NCBI GenBank assembly: GCA_004555865.1
Contig: SFJO01000002.1
Span: 90,201-154,200, forward strand
Source of the DNA: Oscillospiraceae bacterium
GTDB taxonomy: Bacteria > Bacillota > Clostridia > Oscillospirales > Ruminococcaceae
Length of the DNA stretch: 64,000 nt
Direction: 5' to 3'
Shown here: piece after piece, positions 28,496-37,922 of the stretch
Numbering within the stretch: position 1 is the stretch's first letter
Layout: every line of letters starts with the position of its first letter
Program-made: the position numbers and the translations under genes
The notes under the pieces: model-generated
The model's input: the letters and a program-made list of their open reading frames with translations, nothing else
Databases searched by the model: none
What the model was told of the DNA's origin: nothing

Positions 28496-28524
28496 ACTAT
28501 AACACAAACCCGTTCGCTTTGCAA
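28496..28524 (-). promoter_or_regulatory. Sigma70 promoter of the rimP-nusA-infB operon
   Basis: Minus strand reads TTGCAA-17 nt-TATAGT, about 75 nt upstream of the rimP ATG. Confidence 0.6.
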
Positions 28525-28592
28525 GCATTCCCGCAGAAAAACCCGACTTTTCGCACATATTAGGGCTGTTTTGAGGCTGCTCGGGCCAAATT

Positions 28593-29765
28593 TCAATCTT
28601 TTTGTGCAAACAGGCGGCGCTTCAGCCAGGCCGCGGCCGGCTGTTCGGCATACCGCGTCATCAGCGCCGACACAAGCAGGGCCGTGCCCCAGCACAGCAG
28701 ATTGTACGCCTGCTGCCAGTTTGCGTCCCCCAGCTGGTTCGGCGGGGTGTCGCCGGCCCAGGGCGGCAGATGCCAGCGGTATTTCAGCCACACCGCCAGG
28801 CTCTGGTGCCATAGGTAGAAATTGTAGCTGATGGCCGCCAGCCACTGCCACAGCCGCCGGCCCGGCAGCTGCGGGCCAAGGCACAGGCCCAAAAGCGCGA
28901 TGCACTGCAGCAGCGCCAGCGGCAGCCGATGCACCAGCTGCCAGCGCTGGCCGTTTGGGGCATAGGCCAGATCCTTCTGCATCTGAAAAACACACCAGAG
29001 GGCCGCAAGCCCCACAGCCAGCGCCGCCGCCCGGAAGGGCAGGCGGGCCGCGTACCGGCACAAAGCTTCATAAAGCTCCGCCCCGGCCATGCCCATGGCC
29101 CACACGCCCAGAAAGGCGGGCAGTTGATTGAACGCCATCTGGTAGGCCGCGCCGGAGCATTTCAGTGCAAAGCCCCAGCTGTACGCAAGCTGCCCGGCGT
29201 ACAGGGCCGCCAGGCACCCCAGCGGCCAGCGCCAGAAGGCCCGGGCCAGCAGCGGGAACAGCAGATAAAAGCCCGCCAGCACTCCCACCGTCCAGGTGAC
29301 GCTGCCCAGGCTGGTAAACAGGTAGCTGCGGGGAAACAGCGTATGGGTCAGCGTCAGGTGCGCGGCCAGGTCCTTCCCCAGCCCGGCCGACCAGCCCTCG
29401 CTGCGCAGGGCAAGCAGCAGCGCAAGCAGCACCGCCGCATAATAGCAGGGCAGAATGCGCAGGGCTCTGCGCCGCCAGAAGCCCTCGCAGCCGGGGAAGC
29501 CGCCCCGGGCCGCCCGGGCCCGGGCATAGGGCAGCCACAGGCAGAACGCCGACAGCAGGATCATGCCGTCCACCCAGATGTACCCGGTGCGTACAGCCAG
29601 CTGCAGAGGGCCGGGGTTGATCCAGGTCTGCTGCCAGATGTGGAACCAGCCCACCATGCCGACCGCCATCGCCCGGAACACATCCGCCCCCAGCGGGCGC
29701 TGGGGTTCCTGCGGCGGCAGCAGCCGGCCCAGCACCTCGGTACCGCCCCGGCTCAAAAGGCCCAT
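28593..29765 (-). CDS. Membrane acyltransferase family 3 protein (O-acyltransferase)
   Basis: 390 aa with about 10 TM helices. The N-terminal GADVFRAMAVGMVGWFHIWQ matches the LDxLR..H start of the Acyl_transf_3 family. Overlaps the upstream aminopeptidase stop by 13 nt. Confidence 0.78.
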   Translation of the reverse strand: MGLLSRGGTEVLGRLLPPQEPQRPLGADVFRAMAVGMVGWFHIWQQTWINPGPLQLAVRTGYIWVDGMILLSAFCLWLPYARARAARGGFPGCEGFWRRRALRILPCYYAAVLLALLLALRSEGWSAGLGKDLAAHLTLTHTLFPRSYLFTSLGSVTWTVGVLAGFYLLFPLLARAFWRWPLGCLAALYAGQLAYSWGFALKCSGAAYQMAFNQLPAFLGVWAMGMAGAELYEALCRYAARLPFRAAALAVGLAALWCVFQMQKDLAYAPNGQRWQLVHRLPLALLQCIALLGLCLGPQLPGRRLWQWLAAISYNFYLWHQSLAVWLKYRWHLPPWAGDTPPNQLGDANWQQAYNLLCWGTALLVSALMTRYAEQPAAAWLKRRLFAQKD

Positions 29766-30988
29766 TCCCCGTTTTTGAAGATCTGCACGGTTTTGCCGTC
29801 GGCAGTCAGGCCGGTGATGTCCATATCCGGGCTGCCCACCATCACATCCTCGTGAATGGCCGAGTCGTTCATGCCCAGGGCCTGCCGCTGTTCCCGGGTC
29901 ATGGCCGTGCCGCCCTGAATGGTGCCCGGATACCCGGCGCCAAAGGCAATGTGGCAGGCCGCGTTTTCGTCAAACAGAGTGTTGTAGAACAGCACGCCGC
30001 TGCGGCTGATGGGGCTGGAGGCGGGCACCAGGGCCACCTCGCCGATGTGGCAGGCCCCCTCGTCGCTGGCCAGCAGCTCTCCCAGCAGCGCATCGTTCTT
30101 CTCCGCGCTGTGGGCTACGACCGCACCGTCCCGGAAGGTCACCGAAAAGCCCTCGATGAGCTGGCCGTTGTACACATAGGGCTTCGTGCCCTTGACCACG
30201 CCGTTCACACGCAGGCGATGCGGGCAGGTAAACACCTCTTCGGTGGGCACATTGGCAATGAAGTCCACCCCGTTCTCCGCCTTGCTGGAAGCGCCTTCCC
30301 ACAGGCTTCCCTCGGCCAGGCCCACGGTCAGATCGGTGCCGTTGGCCGCGGTCATGTGAATGCTCTGCAGCTTCCAGGCGTTCAGCTGATCCCGCCGTGA
30401 GCCGGTACGGGCCACATGTCGCCGCCACTCGCCCACCGGGTCGCCGCCGGTCACCCGGCACACGTCAAAAATCAGGCTCCATAGCTTTTCCACCGCTTCG
30501 TCCACCGGCAGCCCGGGGAATACTTTGGCCGCCCAGGCCGGAGCGGGCACCGCAGCCACGCACCACTGCACCCGGTCGTTCATGGTGTAGTCGTTCCAGG
30601 GCTTCATCGCCTTGCGGCGGGCCATACTCACCCGATTCAGCTTGGCGGCATCCAGCCCGGCAAATGCCTCCGGGTCGCTGGCATGAATGGCCAGCAGGCA
30701 GCAGCCCCCATCACTCTCGGCATAGTCCAGCCAGCTGCGCAGCTCATAGGGCAGCACCTGGCTCAGGGCGTTCTCCTCCCCCATCTCCATGCGGATGCGG
30801 GCCAGCTGCTCGTCCTCATAGCGAACGATCACGTCTCTGGCCCCGGCCTCATAACCGGCCCTGGCGCAGCAGTGGGCAAAAAAGGCCATGTCCACCGGGC
30901 AGCGAATGAGAAACGCCTGCCCCGGGCGCACGTTTACGCCCACTTTTACAATAAAATCGGCATATTTCTGAAGAAGTTCCTGATTCAT
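29753..30988 (-). CDS. Aminopeptidase, M29 family (AmpS/PepS-like)
   Basis: ORF 29753..31297 trimmed to ATG 30988 (MNQELLQKYADFIVKVGVNVRPGQ), preceded by GAGGGA. The C-terminal EVALVP..FYNTLFDENAACHIAFG..HEDVM motifs are typical of M29. Confidence 0.88.
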   Translation of the reverse strand: MNQELLQKYADFIVKVGVNVRPGQAFLIRCPVDMAFFAHCCARAGYEAGARDVIVRYEDEQLARIRMEMGEENALSQVLPYELRSWLDYAESDGGCCLLAIHASDPEAFAGLDAAKLNRVSMARRKAMKPWNDYTMNDRVQWCVAAVPAPAWAAKVFPGLPVDEAVEKLWSLIFDVCRVTGGDPVGEWRRHVARTGSRRDQLNAWKLQSIHMTAANGTDLTVGLAEGSLWEGASSKAENGVDFIANVPTEEVFTCPHRLRVNGVVKGTKPYVYNGQLIEGFSVTFRDGAVVAHSAEKNDALLGELLASDEGACHIGEVALVPASSPISRSGVLFYNTLFDENAACHIAFGAGYPGTIQGGTAMTREQRQALGMNDSAIHEDVMVGSPDMDITGLTADGKTVQIFKNGEWAF

Positions 30989-31097
30989 GGGAATCCCTCG
31001 CTTTCCTGTTGTTCTGAATATGGTTTGGGGTAACTGATTGCTTTTTCGCCGCCGCTTTTCGGCTTTCCATCGAGGGGAAGGCTTTTTGCCGCGGCAA

Positions 31098-32837
31098 TTA
31101 ACCAGCCGCCGGGCATTGGTACACGTGCACCGTGTAGGTCGCCAGGCGTCCATCATGGCACACCTCCCGGGCCGTGCGGCCCTCGGCGGCCAGCCAACTC
31201 TCCAGCCCCTCGTCCAGATCGCCGGAAAGCAACAGCCAATAGGTTCGCCCTTCTTCCAGTTCCGGCGGCTCACTCCGGTCAAAGTCATCGTGCTCATTTT
31301 CCGGGAAGTAATACTCCAGGCTGGTCCATTCCAGATAATACATATCCGTGAGGATGCCGTCTGCCGGGGTCAGGTCTGCCATCCCGGCCAGCACCTGCCG
31401 GTAGCGCTCGTTCTGCTCTTTGGCCGATTCCACCTTGTCCTGATAATCCGGCACGCCCACGGCCACGACCACCGCCGCCAGCAGAACGCTCAGCAGCGTG
31501 CCCCACCGCATACGGCTCAGGCACACGCCGAACAAAAGCCAGACAATCACTGCCGCCGGGTACAGGTACTTGGTGGCAAACATGGGCCGGATCAGGGCCG
31601 ACACGGCCAGCCCCACCGCCATGGTGCCGAACACCGCCGCCAGTCCGGTCAAAATCCACAGGCTCGTGCCGTTCAGGCCCACCACTTTTTTCTCGTCCGG
31701 CCGCCGGGCAAGGCCCGTCTCCCGGGTCAGGGCCATGCCCACTGCGGTGACAAACAGCAGCAGGCAGAAGTAAATCGCCGTTCCGCTTCCGGAATCAAAC
31801 AGGAACTCCAGGCACTGGCGCAGAGTCGGCGTCTTGGTCATCCAGTAGTCCTCGGTGGTGCGCCGGAAGGTGGTAAGCAGCACCACAAACCAAGGCAGAT
31901 AGCCCGCCACCGTGGTCAGATACACCGCCGCCAGCTTTTTGAAGGGAACCAGTTTGCACAGCACCCCGGCCAGCAGGCCCACATACAGAAAGGCCACCGT
32001 CACCAGCGCGTAATAGTGGCAGTAGGCCGCGGCCAGCGAGGCCAGCACAAAGCCCACACAGTCCCGGTTTTGCGCACCTTTGGTGAGCAGGCGGTACAGC
32101 TCATAAAAGGCCAGCAGCACAAACAGCGCGGCCCAGCTGTACATGCGCACCTCCAGATCGTACTTCTGGGCGCAGAGCAGAAAGGACGAAAACAGGCACA
32201 GCAGCGCCCCCGGCCACCAGCCGAACTCCCGGCGCAGGAAGGTAACCGCCGCGGCCAGCGTCAGCCCAAAGGGCACCACCGACGCCAGATGATACACCCA
32301 GCCATGGTTGCCCAGCAGCCGGTTGAAGCCCATCAGGATGAGGTAATACAGGGGCGGGTGCACATCCTCCGCCGTGCTCTCCAGCATTTCCGGAATAGTC
32401 TGCCGGGCCAGACGGATGGAAAACCCTTCATCGCCCCAGAAGTTGTTGTCAAAAATGCGGGCAAAGTGCAACCCAAACAGCACCGCCGCCAGCAGCGCCG
32501 CCCACAGCCAGGCCGTGCGGGCCAGCCACTCCGGCAGCCGAAACGCCGCCTGCGCCCGGGCCAGCAGGCGCTCGGCCAGCACCCCCGCCAACGCCAGCGC
32601 GCAGGTGAGGGCCAGATACTTCAGCGCAAACAGCCCCGATTGGCTCAGCGCCTGCATCACCGGGACCTCCACATGAAATCTCGCGTCCAGAAGGGCCAGC
32701 GCCAGAGCATTCAGCCACAGGGCCGCCGTTCCAAAGTGCAGCAGGGCCTCTCCCGTGCTCTCTTTGCCCAACAGCCAGCGGCGCAAACCGAGGCTGAAGG
32801 CCGCCGGAGCAAAAAAGCAAAATGCAGCGATCCGCAT
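31098..32837 (-). CDS. GT-C fold membrane glycosyltransferase (family 39 / ArnT-PMT-like)
   Basis: ORF trimmed to ATG 32837 (MRIAAFCFFAP), preceded by AAAGGAGA. 579 aa with more than 10 TM helices, an FWGDEGFSIRLA first-loop DE motif and a soluble C-terminal domain. Confidence 0.7.
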   Translation of the reverse strand: MRIAAFCFFAPAAFSLGLRRWLLGKESTGEALLHFGTAALWLNALALALLDARFHVEVPVMQALSQSGLFALKYLALTCALALAGVLAERLLARAQAAFRLPEWLARTAWLWAALLAAVLFGLHFARIFDNNFWGDEGFSIRLARQTIPEMLESTAEDVHPPLYYLILMGFNRLLGNHGWVYHLASVVPFGLTLAAAVTFLRREFGWWPGALLCLFSSFLLCAQKYDLEVRMYSWAALFVLLAFYELYRLLTKGAQNRDCVGFVLASLAAAYCHYYALVTVAFLYVGLLAGVLCKLVPFKKLAAVYLTTVAGYLPWFVVLLTTFRRTTEDYWMTKTPTLRQCLEFLFDSGSGTAIYFCLLLFVTAVGMALTRETGLARRPDEKKVVGLNGTSLWILTGLAAVFGTMAVGLAVSALIRPMFATKYLYPAAVIVWLLFGVCLSRMRWGTLLSVLLAAVVVAVGVPDYQDKVESAKEQNERYRQVLAGMADLTPADGILTDMYYLEWTSLEYYFPENEHDDFDRSEPPELEEGRTYWLLLSGDLDEGLESWLAAEGRTAREVCHDGRLATYTVHVYQCPAAG

Positions 32838-33089
32838 GAATTTGTATCTCCTTTTGCAGCGCCCGCCCGTTCCGCCGGTGCGCCGTTGTCTCTGCGTTTT
32901 TCTCGTATTCCTTATATAATACGGTATAGTTATAACAGACCACCCGATTTTTTTCAATCGGGCATTCCCTTCTCTATGACCGGTTTTCGCATAAAACAAA
33001 CGGCAGGCCGCCCGACCTTTGCGGGGTTCCGCAAACGTCGAACGGCCTGCCGGGCGCGTTCTTTCGGGCGCGTCGTCAAACCATCAATT

Positions 33090-33770
33090 TTACCACACGG
33101 CGGCCAGCAGCACGGTGAGCAGGCCCGCCACACCAATGGAGACGCCGCTCATGGCGCCCTCCAGCTCGCCCATCTGCAGAGCGGTGGTGGTGCCCGCCGC
33201 ATGGCTGCTGGTGCCCACAGCCACGCCGATGGCCACCGGGTCCTTGAAGTGCAGCAGCTTTGCCAGCGTGGGGGCCAGCACCGCGCCGGTGACGCCGGTG
33301 ATGATGACGCACACCGCCGTCACGCCCTTCAGGCCGCCGCACTGCTCGCTGAGGGCCACCGCAATGGGGGTGGTCACGCTGCGGGGCAGCAGGCTGTACA
33401 GCAGGCTGTCCTCCAGCATGAACAGCTTGCACAGCCCGTGAATCAGCGCCACATTGGTCAGGCTTCCCACCAGGCAGCCCAGCACCACCGGCAGGAAATT
33501 CTCCTGCAGCACCTTGCGCTGCCGGTAGATGGACAGGCCGATCACCGCCGTGGCCGGGGTGAGCAGCATGTTGATCATATCGCCGCCCAGGTCAAAGGCC
33601 TCCAGCGGGATGTTGCACACGCTCAGCACCGCCGCCGCCAGCACAATGCCGATGAGCATGGGGTTGGCAATGGGGGTCTTGAGCTTTTTGTTGATCTGCA
33701 CGCCCAGCTCGTAGGCGGCCAGACAGATGAAAATGCCGGTGACCGGCGTGGAAAGAAGCATCTCTCTCAT
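33090..33770 (-). CDS. lrgB: LrgB/CidB family murein hydrolase modulator (antiholin-like membrane protein)
   Basis: 226 aa from ATG 33770 (MREMLLSTPVTGIFICLAAYELG..LLPRSVTTPIAVALSE..GTSSHAAGT). 4-nt overlap with the lrgA stop. Confidence 0.88.
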   Translation of the reverse strand: MREMLLSTPVTGIFICLAAYELGVQINKKLKTPIANPMLIGIVLAAAVLSVCNIPLEAFDLGGDMINMLLTPATAVIGLSIYRQRKVLQENFLPVVLGCLVGSLTNVALIHGLCKLFMLEDSLLYSLLPRSVTTPIAVALSEQCGGLKGVTAVCVIITGVTGAVLAPTLAKLLHFKDPVAIGVAVGTSSHAAGTTTALQMGELEGAMSGVSIGVAGLLTVLLAAVW

Positions 33771-34141
33771 CGTTTCTTCTCCTTTCCGTTCATGAGCTTC
33801 TGCAGCAGCGTCACGGTAAACCCGGTGATTGCAAAGGTAATCACCGTGCAGAATACGCACACACCCAGCAGCAGCAGGCCGGTGCTTTTCAGAATTTCCA
33901 GCTCTTCCAGAATGTTGGCGCACATGGGTACAAAGAAAAACGCCATATTCTTCTGCAGAAAGTCGGCCACATCCTCCACCTGTTCCACCTTGACGATGCC
34001 AGTCATCAGGCAGACAAACAGCAGCACCATGCCCACCACGCTGCCGGGCACCGACACCGGCGAAAGCTCGCCGATGACCGCTCCCAGCAGGCACAGCCCG
34101 AACAGCACCAGGCACTGCTGCAAATGATTGAATCGCTTCAC
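33767..34141 (-). CDS. lrgA: LrgA/CidA holin-like protein
   Basis: 124 aa with 4 TM helices (LLGAVIGELSPVSVPGSVVGMVLLF). GTG start lies 7 nt after GGAGGGA. Confidence 0.85.
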   Translation of the reverse strand: MKRFNHLQQCLVLFGLCLLGAVIGELSPVSVPGSVVGMVLLFVCLMTGIVKVEQVEDVADFLQKNMAFFFVPMCANILEELEILKSTGLLLLGVCVFCTVITFAITGFTVTLLQKLMNGKEKKR

Positions 34142-34239
34142 AGTTCTTTCCCTCCTCGCTCATGCTTTGCCGGCGGCCGCGCCGCCGTACCCCTTCTTTT
34201 TGCTGCACCGCCGCGTCAATGTGAAAAAACGGCAGGCAC

Positions 34240-34275
34240 GAAAACAGGGCCGCGAAGTGAATCTCGCGGCCCTGC
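34240..34275 (-). terminator. Intrinsic terminator of glyQS
   Basis: Minus strand has CAGGGCCGCGA-loop-TCGCGGCCCTG followed by TTTTC, about 60 nt after the glyQS stop. Confidence 0.6.
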
Positions 34276-34336
34276 CCGGTCTGAATTACGCTTTGCTGTA
34301 TGCCTGAAAAGCTTCCGGCGTACTGCCCGGCGCTTT

Positions 34337-35752
34337 TCAGAACTCGATCTTCTTTTCGATGTATTCCTTCAGCTCGCTGATGGGAATGCGCACCTGCTCC
34401 ATGGTGTCGCGGTCACGCACAGTCACGCAGCCGTCGCCTTCTTCGGTCTCGCTGCCGAAGGTCTGGAAGTCCACGGTGATGCACAGGGGGGTGCCGATCT
34501 CGTCCTCACGGCGGTAGCGCTTGCCGATGGAGCCGGCGTCGTCAAAGTCCACCATGAAGTGCTTGCTCAACTCCTGCCAGATGGGCATCGCCTTGTCGCT
34601 CAGCTTCTTGGACAGGGGCAGCACCGCCGCCTTATAGGGGGCCAGCGCCGGATGCAGGCGCAGAACCACGCGCACATCCTCCTTGCCCTTGGCATCGGTC
34701 AGGTGCTCCTCATCGTAGGCCTCGCACAGGAAGGCCAGAGCCACACGGTCCGCGCCCAGCGAAGGCTCGATGACGTAGGGGATGTAGTGCTCGCCGGTCT
34801 CGGGATCGAAGTACTCCAGGCTCTTGCCGCTGGCCTCCTGATGGCGGCCCAGGTCGTAGTTGGTGCGGTCGGCAATGCCCCACAGCTCACCCCAATCGGT
34901 GAACGGGAAGGCGTACTCAATGTCGGTGGTGGCACGGCTGTAGAAGGCCAGCTCGGCGGGCTCATGGTCGCGCAGGCGCAGGTTCTCCTCCTGAATGCCC
35001 AGGCTCAGCAGCCAGTTCTTGCAGAAGTCCTTCCAGTAGGCGAACCACTCCAGATCGGTGTCCGGCTTGCAGAAGAACTCGCACTCCATCTGCTCAAACT
35101 CGCGGGTACGGAAGGTGAAGTTGCCGGGAGTGATCTCATTGCGGAAAGCCTTGCCCACCTGGCACACGCCGAAGGGCAGCTTGCGGCGGGTGGTGCGCTG
35201 GATGTTGGCAAAGTTCACGAAGATGCCCTGGGCGGTCTCGGGCCGCAGATAGCAGGTGCTGGAGGAGTCCTCCGTCACGCCGATGGCGGTCTTGAACATC
35301 AGATTGAACTTGCGGATGGGAGTGAAGTCGTGCTTGCCGCACACGGGGCAGACCATATCTTCATGCTCGGCGATGAACGCATCCATCTCATCAAAGCTCA
35401 TGGCGTCCACGTTCACCTCGGGATGCTCCTGGCTGATGAGCTTGTCGGCGCGATGACGGGCCTTGCAGCTCTTGCAGTCCAGCAGGGGATCGGAGAAGCT
35501 GGCCACATGGCCGGTGGTCACCCAGGTCTGGGGGTTCATGATGATGGCGGCATCCAGGCCCACGTTGGTGGGGCTTTCCTGCACGAATTTCTTCATCCAG
35601 GCCCGCTTTACGTTGTTCTTGAACTCCACGCCCAGAGGGCCGTAGTCCCAGCTGTTGGCCAGGCCGCCGTAGATCTCGCTGCCCGGGTATACAAAGCCGC
35701 GGTTCTTGCACAGATTGACGATGGTTTCAAAGGACTTTTCGCTGTTTTTCAT
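34337..35752 (-). CDS. glyQS: Glycine--tRNA ligase (homodimeric alpha2 type)
   Basis: 471 aa with class II aaRS motifs ([32 protein letters not shown]). AAGGAG RBS. Confidence 0.95.
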   Translation of the reverse strand: MKNSEKSFETIVNLCKNRGFVYPGSEIYGGLANSWDYGPLGVEFKNNVKRAWMKKFVQESPTNVGLDAAIIMNPQTWVTTGHVASFSDPLLDCKSCKARHRADKLISQEHPEVNVDAMSFDEMDAFIAEHEDMVCPVCGKHDFTPIRKFNLMFKTAIGVTEDSSSTCYLRPETAQGIFVNFANIQRTTRRKLPFGVCQVGKAFRNEITPGNFTFRTREFEQMECEFFCKPDTDLEWFAYWKDFCKNWLLSLGIQEENLRLRDHEPAELAFYSRATTDIEYAFPFTDWGELWGIADRTNYDLGRHQEASGKSLEYFDPETGEHYIPYVIEPSLGADRVALAFLCEAYDEEHLTDAKGKEDVRVVLRLHPALAPYKAAVLPLSKKLSDKAMPIWQELSKHFMVDFDDAGSIGKRYRREDEIGTPLCITVDFQTFGSETEEGDGCVTVRDRDTMEQVRIPISELKEYIEKKIEF

Positions 35753-35851
35753 ATTTTACTCCTTACTGCACGGCTGGCTGCCGCACCGCATTTCAAGCGG
35801 CCGCCCGGGCGGGGCTTCTCCCGCTGCCCTGCGGCCGCACGTATGGTTTTT

Positions 35852-35880
35852 ATTATAAGCGCAAGCGCCCCCGGTGTAAA
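35852..35880 (-). promoter_or_regulatory. Sigma70 promoter of glyQS
   Basis: Minus strand reads TTTACA-17 nt-TATAAT, about 100 nt upstream of the ATG. Confidence 0.6.
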
Positions 35881-36014
35881 GGTGCGCGGTGCTTCTTTTT
35901 TGTCATTTGTGCTAAAAAGCCAGCAATTTTTTTGGTGTATGGAATGGTCCGTGTGCCCAAGCGCCGTTCGTTTTATCCGGTGCTTCCCCTCTTCGGCCTG
36001 CCGCTGCCTTCCTT

Positions 36015-36206
36015 ATGCGGGCTGCCCTTGGGCCGGAGCGGGGTTATCTGCTGAGCCACCGCGGCCCCATTGTGAGCGGCAAAAGCCTGATGAATGCCTT
36101 TGAAGCCATGGAAGAGCTGGAGCAGACCGCCTGGCTGGCCTGGCAGCTGCGCAGCTGCCCCGAACTTGTTCCCCCGATGGAGGCTTCTTATGTATCAATC
36201 TCATGA
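36015..36206 (+). pseudogene. Remnant of the C-terminus of a class II aldolase/adducin-family gene
   Basis: The 63-aa frame reads ..GYLLSHRGPIVSGKSLMNAFEAMEELEQTAWLAWQL. This resembles the LLxNHGxxxxGxxLxxAFxxxExLE end of class II aldolases. The frame is closed by TAA at 35913 and nothing aldolase-like precedes it. It overlaps the cupin start as in a coupled pair. Confidence 0.35.
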
Positions 36207-36540
36207 CCAATACCCCGTTCAGGTCATCCCCAACATGAAGGGCGGCGAAGGCCGCTTTGATGTGGAAACGCTGGTTCCGCCGCCGATGTTGGGCAAAGCC
36301 GGTACGCTGTTTGCCCGCGGCACACTGCCGCCCGGCTGCAGCGTGGGGCTGCACACCCACACCGCCAACATGGAAGTGTGCTACGTTCTTTCCGGCAGCG
36401 GCCTGGTCGAAGATGCACAGGCCGGATGTACCCGCCTGACCCCGGGAGGCGCCCACATCTGCCTGCCGGGTGACGCACACAAAATCGTCAACGACGGCAC
36501 CGTTCCGCTGGTGTATCTGGCTGTGGTGCTGAATCCTTGA
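36190..36540 (+). CDS. Cupin domain protein
   Basis: Trimmed to ATG 36190 (MYQSHDQYPV), preceded by GGAGG. Cupin motifs GCSVGLHTHTANMEVCYVLSG and PGDAHKIVNDG are present. 116 aa. Confidence 0.75.
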   Translation: MYQSHDQYPVQVIPNMKGGEGRFDVETLVPPPMLGKAGTLFARGTLPPGCSVGLHTHTANMEVCYVLSGSGLVEDAQAGCTRLTPGGAHICLPGDAHKIVNDGTVPLVYLAVVLNP

Positions 36541-36569
36541 TTCGATCCTCCGCTTTCGTTTTCTCACAA

Positions 36570-36615
36570 AAGGCCCGCCGCCGGAATGCTGCTACGCATT
36601 CCGGCTGCGGGCCTT
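36570..36615. terminator. Convergent-gene hairpin terminator (cupin / EamA)
   Basis: AAGGCCCGCcGCCGGAATG / CATTCCGGCtGCGGGCCTT long stem between two convergent stops. The T-tracts on both sides are weak. Confidence 0.5.
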
Positions 36616-36631
36616 TGTTCGTCCAAACCGA

Positions 36632-37543
36632 TTATTGCTTCTGCTTCTTCCCGCTCTCCCGGGCAATAAGCAGCACCATGCTGAGAATGGCGGCCACGCC
36701 CAGCACATCGCAGAGCGTAAAGCGGGTATGAAGCCACACGGCCGAAATCACCATGGCCGCCACCGGCTCCGCGCAGGCGATCATGCTGGCCTTTACGGCG
36801 CCGAGGCAGGCAACGCCCTCCAGATAGAGGCTGTATGCGCCGGCCGTGCCCAGCAGCACCACCACCGCCAGCGTCAGCAGAACCGACGGGGTCAGGTGCA
36901 CCGGCTGGGCCCACATGCGGGTCGCCGCGCTAAGCACCACGCCGCCGATGAGCATACCCCAGCCGGTAACCACAGTGCTGCCGTACTTTTTGATCAGCCG
37001 CACCGGCAGCAGGGTGTACAGCGCCAGCGAAAGCGCCGAGGCCATGCCCCAGGCCAGAGCCAGCGGAGAAATGGCCAGGTTGCCCAGCTTTCCGTGGGTG
37101 GCCAGCAGGAAGGTTCCGCCGACGGCCAGAACCACGCCCACGCTCTCCAGCCGGGTGGGCCACCGACGAACCAGGATGCAGCTGTAAATCAGCACCAGCA
37201 CCTGCCCGGTACACTGCAGCGCCGTGGTTGTGCCGGAGTTGGAGTAGGAAATCGCCGTCATATAAGTATACTGGCTGAACATCAGCCCCAACACCGCAAA
37301 CAACAGCAGGCCGGCGGCATCCTTTTTATCGCGCCACACGGCGGCATAGCTTCGCCCCTGCTTGGCCAGCCCCAGTGCAATCAGCACCACGCCCGCGCCC
37401 AGCATACGCACGCAGGTCACCCACTGCGAGCTGGCTGCTTCCTGTTGAAAAATGTACTGGCCGCAGGTGCCGGAAAAGCCCCACAGAATGCCGCCCAGCA
37501 AGGTGACCAGCATTCCCCAGGCCGCGTTGTTGTTCTTCTTCAT
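36632..37543 (-). CDS. EamA/DMT-family transporter
   Basis: 303 aa with 10 TM helices and two EamA-like halves (GGILWGFSGTCGQYIF). GAGGAGA RBS. Confidence 0.85.
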   Translation of the reverse strand: MKKNNNAAWGMLVTLLGGILWGFSGTCGQYIFQQEAASSQWVTCVRMLGAGVVLIALGLAKQGRSYAAVWRDKKDAAGLLLFAVLGLMFSQYTYMTAISYSNSGTTTALQCTGQVLVLIYSCILVRRWPTRLESVGVVLAVGGTFLLATHGKLGNLAISPLALAWGMASALSLALYTLLPVRLIKKYGSTVVTGWGMLIGGVVLSAATRMWAQPVHLTPSVLLTLAVVVLLGTAGAYSLYLEGVACLGAVKASMIACAEPVAAMVISAVWLHTRFTLCDVLGVAAILSMVLLIARESGKKQKQ

Positions 37544-37922
37544 TTGTTCTGTTTCTCCTCAATGATCAAGGCATCGCAACAGGCAGCCTGGAAGCGATTT
37601 GGCAGTTCCGCGCTGCCGGCTCAGTATAACAGGCCGCCGCGTTGGAGGCACCCCCTGCCCCTTCTGCGGTACCGAATGCAAGAAAATTTTTCCTGCCGCC
37701 AAAATTCTGAAACATTTTCCCTCTGCCGCTCGTATTATAAACAGTGCAGGGCAACGCCTCTGGGCTGCCCGCACGGGCAGGAAGCCCCCGCAAGCCGCTT
37801 TCTGCCTGTATTAACTGCCATTCTCTTCCTTTGCAAATAACCCCTAAGGCGCAGAAAGCCCCTGGTCGGTTCCGTTTAGCCGCCCGGGGGCTTTCTGCGT
37901 CTTACAGTCGCTTACCATGAAA

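Noticed and set aside
29753-32999. N-terminal extensions of ORFs (for example aminopeptidase from 31297, GT39-like from 32999, metG from 58239, ftsH from 52449, GT4 from 6164)
   Set aside because: The extensions are Arg/Pro/Gly-rich junk crossing upstream genes or intergenic regions. In each case an internal ATG with a canonical AGGAGG-type RBS starts exactly where family-typical N-termini begin.
35753-36010. Glycine T-box leader upstream of glyQS
   Set aside because: A near-consensus promoter leaves only a leader of about 100 nt. No T-box sequence (GGUGGNACCGCG-like) or specifier-loop architecture was found on the minus strand.
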